IMG/VR virus record: IMGVR_UViG_3300038492_000430
Location: 1 to 45,078 of that record
Reading direction: 5' to 3' (one strand)
DNA length: 45,078 nt
Source: a virus
Taxonomy: Duplodnaviria; Caudoviricetes
Positions 37,027 through 45,078 of the stretch are shown here, in pieces. Within the stretch, counting starts at the first letter, position 1. Every line of letters begins with the position of its first letter. The notes beneath the pieces are model-generated. The model was given only the letters and a program-made list of their open reading frames with translations, did not search any database and was not told where the DNA came from. The position numbers and the translations under genes are program-made.

Positions 37027-38361
37027 ATGTCTGTTATTCTCCGAGCATCAAATTACGACCTTCTTCGAGAAGGTAAGCCGCTTACCTACCTTGCTGACAC
37101 AGCAAATAGTGGCGACAATACATTAACCGTTCAATCAATCGCTGGTTTCACGACTAGCGACATGGTTGCGATTGGCGTGCTCGGAGAAGAAAGAACAGAA
37201 ATCATACAGCTGCACGCGTCCACTTCGCCTACAGGAACAACGATCACATTAGACTCGAATCTCTTACAGGATCATGAAGAGGGCGCTCCAGTGTATGTTA
37301 TTGATTACGATCAGATCGAGTGGTCGCGAGCGACAACAGAGACGGGAACGAAGTCTGTGTTAAGTGCAGACTCAATTGCTGCAGATGCTATGCACTCAAT
37401 CTATGACGATACAACAAACTCTACCGGGTTCGGTTTCTACCGCTGGAAGAACTCAGACTCGAGTGCTTTCTCAAACTATTCAGATCCGATTCCATACGCA
37501 GGTTACGAGCCCAACACAGCACACAATATATTCCAACGTGCGCTTTCAACGGCTGGGCAGCAGTTATCACCACACCTGCGTTACGAAAAACTGTATGACT
37601 TCTTAAATGATTTCATCGCGATGGCGAATGATATGAACCGGAAGTGGTCAAACGCGAAAGTGATCCAACAAGAGATGGGGAATATTTCAACAGGAGACTG
37701 GGAGGCAGACCTTCCGTCAGATATCGCGTTGAAGAAAGATCCTTCAGCGATCATGGGGATTCGCATTAGTGACAACGGAACACTGAGATATGTTTCTCCG
37801 CAGAAGTTCAACTCGTTCATCCACACAATGCAGTTCACAACCTTAAATGGAGACGTTGCAGACACCGATACAAGTATCGTACTTACGAACTCTTCTGCAT
37901 TCGGTGATTCAGGGACAGTATTAGTAAACGGTGACACAATCGAATACACAGGCAACAACCGGGCAACAAACACTCTTACAGGAGTAACAGGTATTGTTTC
38001 TGGAGGACACTCAGATGGTGACTACGTATTCCAGGACTACACAACTGGGACACCATTCATCTATACCATTCCTTCAGAAGGAAAGGCCCGTTTCTGGCCG
38101 CTTGCAGATGCGAGCATTAACAATGAGGTTATCTTTATTGATTACTATAAACGCATTCCTCAAGTGAACTCACTAGGAGACGATATCGTCGTGCCATACA
38201 CAAAGGCAGCGATTGACTATATGGCATACCGGATTAAGAAGTTTGCCGCAGGTGGAACGCTAAGTGTAGGAGACGAGGACTACCAACAGTTCCAGTTTGA
38301 TTTCAAGCGGATGATTGAACAGGACGTAAGTGGGGAACCTATCAAAATTCGCATAAAATAA
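37027..38361 (+). CDS. Putative head-tail adaptor with inserted beta-domains
   Basis: LYDFLND, LPSD, P..Y and WP motifs typical of podovirus adaptors; two related TTL......D....V-type beta inserts. Confidence 0.6.
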   Translation: MSVILRASNYDLLREGKPLTYLADTANSGDNTLTVQSIAGFTTSDMVAIGVLGEERTEIIQLHASTSPTGTTITLDSNLLQDHEEGAPVYVIDYDQIEWSRATTETGTKSVLSADSIAADAMHSIYDDTTNSTGFGFYRWKNSDSSAFSNYSDPIPYAGYEPNTAHNIFQRALSTAGQQLSPHLRYEKLYDFLNDFIAMANDMNRKWSNAKVIQQEMGNISTGDWEADLPSDIALKKDPSAIMGIRISDNGTLRYVSPQKFNSFIHTMQFTTLNGDVADTDTSIVLTNSSAFGDSGTVLVNGDTIEYTGNNRATNTLTGVTGIVSGGHSDGDYVFQDYTTGTPFIYTIPSEGKARFWPLADASINNEVIFIDYYKRIPQVNSLGDDIVVPYTKAAIDYMAYRIKKFAAGGTLSVGDEDYQQFQFDFKRMIEQDVSGEPIKIRIK

Positions 38362-38364
38362 ACT

Positions 38365-39816
38365 ATGGCTCAAGGATTAGACCCAATCACATTACGAGGA
38401 TTTCATCGAGGGATGGCAGACAAGAGTGTTCTTGCTGACTCAATGATGTCAAGGAACCAATTACGTCTCATCGAAAACATGGATGGAGACGCTATTGGGT
38501 ATCTCAAAAGTCGTAAAGGTTACGAACGTGTTGGGTCTGCCGCAGTCGTTAGCGGGGAGTCTGGTCTAGGGCTTCACCACCATATTGGAACAAACTCACA
38601 GCTCATCGCATTTTCTGACAATGCAGGCTCAACAAATACTGAATCATACTACTTAGACGGCAGTACTTGGACTAATGAAGCACTTGGCTTTACCGCAGGT
38701 AACCGAGTACGGACAGTTTCGTTTCTAGACCGTGTGTTTGCCGTTAATGGTGTAGATGCGCCAAAGAGCTGGGATGGGAACCCATCAAACAGTTGGGACT
38801 CAACAAACCTCACATCAGCTCCAACGTCTGCACTTATTGAGACGTATAAACAACAAGTCTTCATGGGCGATACATCTACTGACCAAGTAGATTATTCTTC
38901 GATTCCATCTTCTGGAACAATTACATGGCCATCAGATAATAACTTTATTGTTAACCCGAACGATGGTTCTAACTTAACCTTTTTAAAGAACTTCGCGAAT
39001 CAGTTACTGATCGGGAAGAACGATTATATTTACCGATACAACGGGCGTTCGATAGACGCGGATCCGGTTATCTTCTTCGGAGCGCCTTCTCAAGAAGCTG
39101 TCACACAAGCTGGAGGAGGGGCACTCTACGTCTATGATGGACGACGTAATGTGATTGTTGAATATAGTGGCGGTTATCCTTCCCCCATTTCAAAACCAGT
39201 TCGCGCATTCCTCCGAGCAATCCCAACATCGTCTCATGAAGACGTCGTTCTATGGAGCGATGAAGATCACGTAATCGCATACATTGGAGATGTGACAGTA
39301 GAGGGGGTAACCTTTAGTAAGGTCGCTTTACGTTACACAATCTCTACTCAATCGTGGGTTGTGTACACATATGCGCACGAATTCACCGCAGAAACGCTTT
39401 ACGATGACGGAACAGACATACTACAACTAGGGTACACATCAGATGGGAGTGTCGTAAAACATGACACAGGCTCAACAGACCTCGGAGAAGGGATCTCATA
39501 CAAATTAGAGACAGGTTGGCTTTCGTTTGGGCGCAACCTTGCGCTTCGGCAGAAACTTGCAGCGTTCTCCGCATTCGCTGAGTCAGCGCGCGGGATGAAC
39601 GTTCAGTATAAAGCAGATATTGAAGACAATACGTGGCGATCAATCGGGCAAATGCGCGGGCTTGTTACTTCTTGGTCTGGGCTCAACATACAGATGCACC
39701 GCATTAAGTTCCGTTTCGTTGGGTATACAGAATCCGCTCAAGCGATCTTTGATGGATTCTCACTTCTTATTCCAACACTCCAAGGACTGGAGCGTGATAC
39801 ACCGAAAGAACTATGA
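38365..39816 (+). CDS. Putative tail nozzle / packaged-DNA stabilisation protein (P22 gp10 / T7 gp12-like)
   Basis: F.RGM, EN...G.L..R.G N-terminus, propeller-like repeats, LETGW; position after the adaptor. Confidence 0.7.
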   Translation: MAQGLDPITLRGFHRGMADKSVLADSMMSRNQLRLIENMDGDAIGYLKSRKGYERVGSAAVVSGESGLGLHHHIGTNSQLIAFSDNAGSTNTESYYLDGSTWTNEALGFTAGNRVRTVSFLDRVFAVNGVDAPKSWDGNPSNSWDSTNLTSAPTSALIETYKQQVFMGDTSTDQVDYSSIPSSGTITWPSDNNFIVNPNDGSNLTFLKNFANQLLIGKNDYIYRYNGRSIDADPVIFFGAPSQEAVTQAGGGALYVYDGRRNVIVEYSGGYPSPISKPVRAFLRAIPTSSHEDVVLWSDEDHVIAYIGDVTVEGVTFSKVALRYTISTQSWVVYTYAHEFTAETLYDDGTDILQLGYTSDGSVVKHDTGSTDLGEGISYKLETGWLSFGRNLALRQKLAAFSAFAESARGMNVQYKADIEDNTWRSIGQMRGLVTSWSGLNIQMHRIKFRFVGYTESAQAIFDGFSLLIPTLQGLERDTPKEL

Positions 39817-40706
39817 TAGATGACTTCTTGAGCTCGGGGTACAACAGCTTCCTTTCAGTTGACGGTGCATCTGGAAACCTACCATCGTTAGACACGACAG
39901 GACAGAGCGGGGTCGTTTACAACCCTGTTCTTCAGGTTACAAATCCGGAAAGTATCGACGGCGGTGACATGATCAAACGTGTTACGACTGCACCTGGGCT
40001 CTTGGAAGGAGGTATTCAAACAGCTTTAGAAGGTCGGCGCGTTGTCATCAACAATAACGGTATTACCGCGTTCAATGATGATGAAGAGAATTTCTTCAAC
40101 ATGAACACGACGAATAACGGTGCTGCCCTTTCCCTTACGCGTTCTGCTACTGCTTCAGCGAGTACAGAACTTCTTCGTCTCATTGATCAGCATCCGAGTC
40201 GAACGACAGCAGTGTTCACTAATACAGGGGACAAACCAACAGCTGATCTTGTCGCAATCACAAACGAAGCTCCTATTGGAGATATACGTTACCTTCTTCA
40301 TGTACGACACGCAGGAGGGGAAGACGTTTCATCTCTCATTTACGCACAATGTAACAACAATGTTGAGACGCTTTCAGGGCCTCTAGCAGTATTCCTACAG
40401 AATTCAGCGTCAGATGTTCCTGCCGCACAGTTCACAACTGACTCAGGAGTGAGCGAGTTCACAACCATTCATGTAAACAACAGCGCGAGTGATGGCGCGA
40501 TTCAGGCGATTCAGAATAGTGTAACGTCCACAAACTTCTACAGAATCATGGAGTTCAAAGCTTCTACTGCGGCTACTCTTGCGCTTTGGGTGGCGAACAA
40601 CGTAAACCCGAATGGGTCTCTTTCTGGAAACGCTGGGGATATCTGTCTTTCAAGTAACGGGAATATTTATCGTTGTACAGGAACAACCAACTGGACTGCT
40701 ATGTAG
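39813..40706 (+). CDS. Putative tail spike/needle protein
   Basis: Beta-rich; C-terminal PNGSLSGNAGD...Y...W motif. Confidence 0.6.
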   Translation: MIDDFLSSGYNSFLSVDGASGNLPSLDTTGQSGVVYNPVLQVTNPESIDGGDMIKRVTTAPGLLEGGIQTALEGRRVVINNNGITAFNDDEENFFNMNTTNNGAALSLTRSATASASTELLRLIDQHPSRTTAVFTNTGDKPTADLVAITNEAPIGDIRYLLHVRHAGGEDVSSLIYAQCNNNVETLSGPLAVFLQNSASDVPAAQFTTDSGVSEFTTIHVNNSASDGAIQAIQNSVTSTNFYRIMEFKASTAATLALWVANNVNPNGSLSGNAGDICLSSNGNIYRCTGTTNWTAM

Positions 40707-40721
40707 GGAGTAGGTCTTTTA

Positions 40722-40730
40722 TGTTATAAT
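40722..40730 (+). promoter_or_regulatory. Extended -10 promoter for the ejection-protein genes
   Basis: TGtTATAAT 10 nt before ATG 40741. Confidence 0.6.
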
Positions 40731-40740
40731 ATTAAAGATT

Positions 40741-42024
40741 ATGGAGTATTTTAAGGACTCACAAGGTAATATAGTTTTCGTAAATGCGTCAGCACCAAAT
40801 GGTTTTGCTGTCAGTCAAGAGACGGGGAAGTATGTAAAGTTAACAGATGATTTTGCTCCTTTTACGCCCTCTGGGACACAACGCCAACGAGCAGAAGCGA
40901 TCTCAAATCAGACAGCTCAAACGCGTGTGACAGCGTCATCACGAGATGGAGCGAATACAGGGAGACTTTCTGAGCGAACGCGTGTACAAGCGATTAAGCG
41001 TAGCGGACAAGTTGTCGGGTATAGGATTGTTGGAATCAAATCTGGTGATGTGTACGGAGAAGTAACAGCAACGCAAGGAGAAGGACAAGCTGAGCTTATC
41101 CAAAAAGCGTACGCACGACAGCAGCAATTACAAACAGGATCGACGCCAACAGTTTCAGGCCGTCCTGATCTTTATGTTATTGATCCACTACCAGGAGAAG
41201 CTCAGTCGACAATTACAGCGCCTAACGGAGAACAAGTACAGCCTCGCGCAGCTACAGCACAAGAGCTTTCCGCTCGCGCAAACAACACGCTAACGTCATT
41301 CAATGAAGCGTACTCACCTCAAACAACAACCGATTCAGGTAGCACTACAGGCGCTGGTACAGGAGACGCGGTTGCAGAAGAGGCGATCACTGCTTTAGAG
41401 GAGGCTGCGTCAACAAAGGAAGCTGAGGCAACGGCGGAAAACCCAAACTTAGAGATTACGCCAGAGATGCGAGCAACTTGGGTTGCAGAAGCTCGAGACG
41501 AGCTTGCGCAAAATAGATACTACCAAGAACTGTTCCAAAACGCTGAAACAGATCTAGGCATCTCCTTCAGTCGCTTAGCGGAAGATCTTCGTGTTGCTGA
41601 GTCGGCAGTACAAACGCAGTACAAACGTAACCTAGAAACAACACAAGGGAACTTACAGCAATCTGGTTTCCTGTATGGTGGTGTGCGTGACAGAGCAGAA
41701 CGAGAACTGGCTGAGAGTACGAACACGCAACTAGAAAGCATCAACCGACAAGTTGGACGCTCGTTACAAGATGTTTCACGTGAAGCAGAGCGCAACCTCG
41801 GTACAGAACGGTTCTCTTCTATTGCGAATAATTTAGGATCATTTAATTATGCCGGACGCGTTATTCCTGGTGTCCCAACATTCGAAGCAGGATCTCCTGG
41901 GGCTTCTCTTACCGTTCAAGGTGGTCAGTTCGGAGACATTGGTCGTGAACTAGAACTTGAAGTTCAAACACGAGCAATCGAAAAAGAAAACGCGTTCCGA
42001 GACGTAACATCTATTTATGGCTAG
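40741..42024 (+). CDS. Putative internal virion/ejection protein
   Basis: Q/T/A/E-rich coiled coil with SGFLYGG; position after the tail genes. Confidence 0.6.
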   Translation: MEYFKDSQGNIVFVNASAPNGFAVSQETGKYVKLTDDFAPFTPSGTQRQRAEAISNQTAQTRVTASSRDGANTGRLSERTRVQAIKRSGQVVGYRIVGIKSGDVYGEVTATQGEGQAELIQKAYARQQQLQTGSTPTVSGRPDLYVIDPLPGEAQSTITAPNGEQVQPRAATAQELSARANNTLTSFNEAYSPQTTTDSGSTTGAGTGDAVAEEAITALEEAASTKEAEATAENPNLEITPEMRATWVAEARDELAQNRYYQELFQNAETDLGISFSRLAEDLRVAESAVQTQYKRNLETTQGNLQQSGFLYGGVRDRAERELAESTNTQLESINRQVGRSLQDVSREAERNLGTERFSSIANNLGSFNYAGRVIPGVPTFEAGSPGASLTVQGGQFGDIGRELELEVQTRAIEKENAFRDVTSIYG

Positions 42025-43222
42025 TAACAGAGAACTAACAGAAACAAATGCGATCGCTGATCAGCCGAGACGGTTAGGTTCCTTTGAGGATAATCGTCCT
42101 GTGTTCAAGGCGCCTCCAAAGGTGGAGGAAGTGCGGCCAGTGGCAACAAGCACTGATCGTTTAATGAACTACATCCAGACAGGTGGTGGCGGAGGGTCCG
42201 CTACTGGCAGCGCTACTGGAACAACACCAACGCAAGAGAACCTTGCAACACTTATCAATAATACAAGTGGTGACAAACGTGTCGTTGAGGTTGGATCTGC
42301 AGAAGCACAAGAGTTATTCGGGCAAGGGTACGAGCTCATGGGCTCAGGTGTGCAGGAAAGCTCGACTCCAAGTGTTGAGGGATCGACAACAGCTCCGGTT
42401 GTACCAGAGCCGTCTTCTATTACACAGGCAGCACCGTCTGTAGGATCTATCGATTGGCTTCGTAAGAAATCTAATGCGACACGATCAGAAATGTTCTCTC
42501 TTGTGTATGGGTATACGCCAGATGAAATCCAAGACCTGCCGCCAAGCGAACAACGCTACCTTCGAAACTTACGTGTACAGGGACTGAAAGCAGAGCTTGG
42601 AAACTGGCAAGATGCAATTGAGGTTGCGCGACAAGAAGACCTTGACGCACGCTCTACGAACCTTGAGAAGCTAAACCTGTACTTAAAGTATGGAGTTTTG
42701 AACGAGCTCGAAGATAGTGAACTTCAGGGACTCGCAGCAAGTGTAGGTTTGAGTGCTGACGCCGTACGAGCAATGGGTGTAGAAGGAATCGAGCCACCAG
42801 AACTTCGTTCAGTTAATGGGAATCTTTATCAGTTACAGTTTAATCCTGAGTCAGGTACATGGGAAAGCTCTCTCATCATCGGTAAATCTTCCGGAGGCGG
42901 TGGAGGCGGAGGCGGTGGATCCTCTTACACACAATATTCAGATGATCTTGTGAGTGAAGCATTGAACGCCTATGAGCTATCAGGAAACAGTATTGTAAAC
43001 TTAGACGAAGAAGATATTGCAAACATTGTCTCTGTTTACAGCGCACGATTAAGTGGAAGTGAAGGAGAAACAGTATTCACGCCAAAAGGTGGAGGAGATA
43101 GTGGGCCACTACAGTTTGGAGATGAAAGCGGTGAAGGAGACGGACCTATTACTTTTGAAGAAGAGAATAAGTCTGGAGGTGGAAACAAACTGATCGACTT
43201 CCTTCTCAATAAAGTGTTTTAG
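42017..43222 (+). CDS. Putative internal virion/ejection protein
   Basis: Low-complexity and poly-Gly linkers; position. Confidence 0.6.
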   Translation: MASNRELTETNAIADQPRRLGSFEDNRPVFKAPPKVEEVRPVATSTDRLMNYIQTGGGGGSATGSATGTTPTQENLATLINNTSGDKRVVEVGSAEAQELFGQGYELMGSGVQESSTPSVEGSTTAPVVPEPSSITQAAPSVGSIDWLRKKSNATRSEMFSLVYGYTPDEIQDLPPSEQRYLRNLRVQGLKAELGNWQDAIEVARQEDLDARSTNLEKLNLYLKYGVLNELEDSELQGLAASVGLSADAVRAMGVEGIEPPELRSVNGNLYQLQFNPESGTWESSLIIGKSSGGGGGGGGGSSYTQYSDDLVSEALNAYELSGNSIVNLDEEDIANIVSVYSARLSGSEGETVFTPKGGGDSGPLQFGDESGEGDGPITFEEENKSGGGNKLIDFLLNKVF

Positions 43223-43225
43223 ATT

Positions 43226-45078
43226 ATGGCTACATTAGGCGGAGGAGGTAAGTCCTCCAGTAAGAAAAAGAAAGACGTCCCCTTTGTCCAACAGGCAAAG
43301 AACGTCATCAAGAACGCTGTTGACACAAACAATGACAGTAAAGTTTCCGTCAAAGAAGTAGCAACAGCGATCGTCGCACCAAAGAGCACGATTGCAAGCG
43401 CGACAGCAGATGCAGTTAAGAAAACACAAGCGTTTGATGATTTCAAAAGCTTCTTAACAAAAGAGTACGTTCCAGATAAAGATAAGAAGAAGACGAACAC
43501 ACTCTTAAACGCTGTTACTGGAGCAGCGGCAGCACCACTTCCTGGAGTTGGTGCATTGGGTGGCGCAGCTGTATCAAATGCTGTAAATAATAATGGTGGC
43601 ATCATCGCAGACATTGTGCGATCACCGGTACGAACAGTAACCGCAGTAGGATTAGAACCTGCAGCGGCTGCTTTAACGTTATTTAAAGGTCAACAAGTTG
43701 AAGCGATTTATGAACCGAAGACGTTCTTAGAAAAAGGTTTGTTTGGTGCTGAACCTATTGTTGGTTCTTTCGAGCAGATCAACCGCGCAGAACAGAAGGT
43801 GCACAACTTACTTGAAAAGTTGGGTGTAAACTCTGACGTTGCGAAAGGGTCGTCTCTCGCAGCTGCACCATTAGGTATCGCAGCAATGACATCATTAGAT
43901 CTTCTTCCAGAAGGAGGTGGTGCAAGTAAAGTACCAAAAGTTGCGGAGAAGCTTATCCTAAAGTATGGAGATGACGCTGTAGGGTACTTAGAGATGATCC
44001 GTAAAGCGGACGTCGATCAGATAAAGCAACTACCAAAGTCAGTGCAAGACGATATCCGTAACGCTGTGAATGGAGTTGGCGGAGATAAGATTGAGGAGCT
44101 GTTCAACTCTGTAAAAGAGACGGTAATTAAGGACTTGCCAGAAAACTTTGAGAAGTTTGGTGGAACAATCAATAAAGCGAAGATCGATATCGCTGATGAT
44201 TTGAAGTATAAGATCGATATCGCGCAAAAGAAAATTGCTGATGACTTAGCTCGTATTAAAGGAGAGCCTGTTACGCAGTCAGAAGTTGTCGAAACCGCGA
44301 AAGCGCGTGATATCTTGAACAAGGTGGTCACACGAGATGAGACAGTGAACGCTGTTGCTGCTATGAAAGCAACACGAAATGCGTTTGCGAAAGAGCTTAC
44401 GAAACCAGGTATCACAAAAGAAGCGCTCGAGAACATGAAGGTTATTCAATCAGTCGCGAGTGACTGGGGGCGTAAACTAAACTCATTAAAGACAAGTGCT
44501 GTGCCAGGCGTGCACGAGGTGAAAGAAAATATTATCAAACGCCTTGTGAAGATGGGAGAAGACCTAGACGTTATTGTTAAGAAGTCAGAAGGTGTTGATC
44601 TTACGAACCCAAAGGAAGCGACAAAGTTCTACCGAGAGTTTGTGAAGCCGAAGAAGGGGGAGATTCTAACAGAGATGCAGTACATCAACCTTCTTTCCTC
44701 TCCTCAAACTCATATTGTTAACGCGTTCTCTGGTATTCTCCAGGCTGGAGTTCTGGCACCTGCAACGAAATTAGCGCACGGTGGGGTTGATATGATCGGT
44801 TCAATGCTCACAGGTAAGCAGCGGGAAGTGTTTACAAGTGAGGTTCCTGCATACTATAAAGGAGCTCTTAACTCCTTAGGGGCTGCTGCACGAGATGCAA
44901 TCGGCATCTTAAAAGGTGAGCGATTCGGAACAAACCTCGACTTAGATAAACTCCCAACGGGAAGTAAACTCACGAAGTGGGGGGCATTCATTCCACGTGC
45001 ACTGGAAGCTGGTGACGCATTCTTCATGACGATCATCAAGAACGGGGAGCTTGAAGCGTTCGCAGATCGTGCGATCAA
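43226..45078 (+). CDS. N-terminal part of the large ejection protein (MATLGGGGKSSS...), continuing at 121..1396; not in ORF track
   Basis: Open from ATG 43226 to the window end and in frame with 20..1396. Confidence 0.9.
   Translation, partial: MATLGGGGKSSSKKKKDVPFVQQAKNVIKNAVDTNNDSKVSVKEVATAIVAPKSTIASATADAVKKTQAFDDFKSFLTKEYVPDKDKKKTNTLLNAVTGAAAAPLPGVGALGGAAVSNAVNNNGGIIADIVRSPVRTVTAVGLEPAAAALTLFKGQQVEAIYEPKTFLEKGLFGAEPIVGSFEQINRAEQKVHNLLEKLGVNSDVAKGSSLAAAPLGIAAMTSLDLLPEGGGASKVPKVAEKLILKYGDDAVGYLEMIRKADVDQIKQLPKSVQDDIRNAVNGVGGDKIEELFNSVKETVIKDLPENFEKFGGTINKAKIDIADDLKYKIDIAQKKIADDLARIKGEPVTQSEVVETAKARDILNKVVTRDETVNAVAAMKATRNAFAKELTKPGITKEALENMKVIQSVASDWGRKLNSLKTSAVPGVHEVKENIIKRLVKMGEDLDVIVKKSEGVDLTNPKEATKFYREFVKPKKGEILTEMQYINLLSSPQTHIVNAFSGILQAGVLAPATKLAHGGVDMIGSMLTGKQREVFTSEVPAYYKGALNSLGAAARDAIGILKGERFGTNLDLDKLPTGSKLTKWGAFIPRALEAGDAFFMTIIKNGELEAFADRAI
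44980..45078 (+). repeat. 99-bp terminal direct repeat, copy 2
   Basis: Identical to 22-120. Confidence 0.97.

Overview
The window is an apparently complete, circularly permuted genome (about 44,958 bp) of a tailed dsDNA phage, most likely a podovirus. Bases 22-120 repeat exactly at 44980-45078, and bases 1-17 are a random-amplification primer. The + strand (21575-45078, continuing through 121-1396) carries the virion module: TerS, TerL, a GroES-like protein, portal, scaffold, capsid, fibre/propeller/lectin proteins, an embedded lysis cluster, adaptor, nozzle and three putative ejection proteins. The - strand (1429-21474) carries early and replication genes: GroEL, SF2 helicase, PD-(D/E)XK exonuclease, SSB-like, HNH, D5-like SF3 helicase and a CHC2 zinc finger. 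An iteron/DnaA-box origin lies at about 16.9-17.45 kb. I recognised no integrase, DNA polymerase, tRNA or CRISPR array. Highlights: (i) two paralogous amidoligase + glutamine amidotransferase cassettes; (ii) a leading early operon with both a T3-SAMase-like and a T7-Ocr-like gene; (iii) several highly structured non-coding segments, including a pseudoknotted ~365-nt element, an RBS-sequestering leader and a promoter/terminator-bounded ~95-nt sRNA; (iv) a TTAGCTAA operator shared by promoters, origin and putative packaging region; (v) GroEL and GroES placed in separate operons. Mostly SD-less starts and the endolysin repeat type suggest a Patescibacteria (CPR) host, which is inference only. All protein calls come from motif recognition by eye, not database searches.
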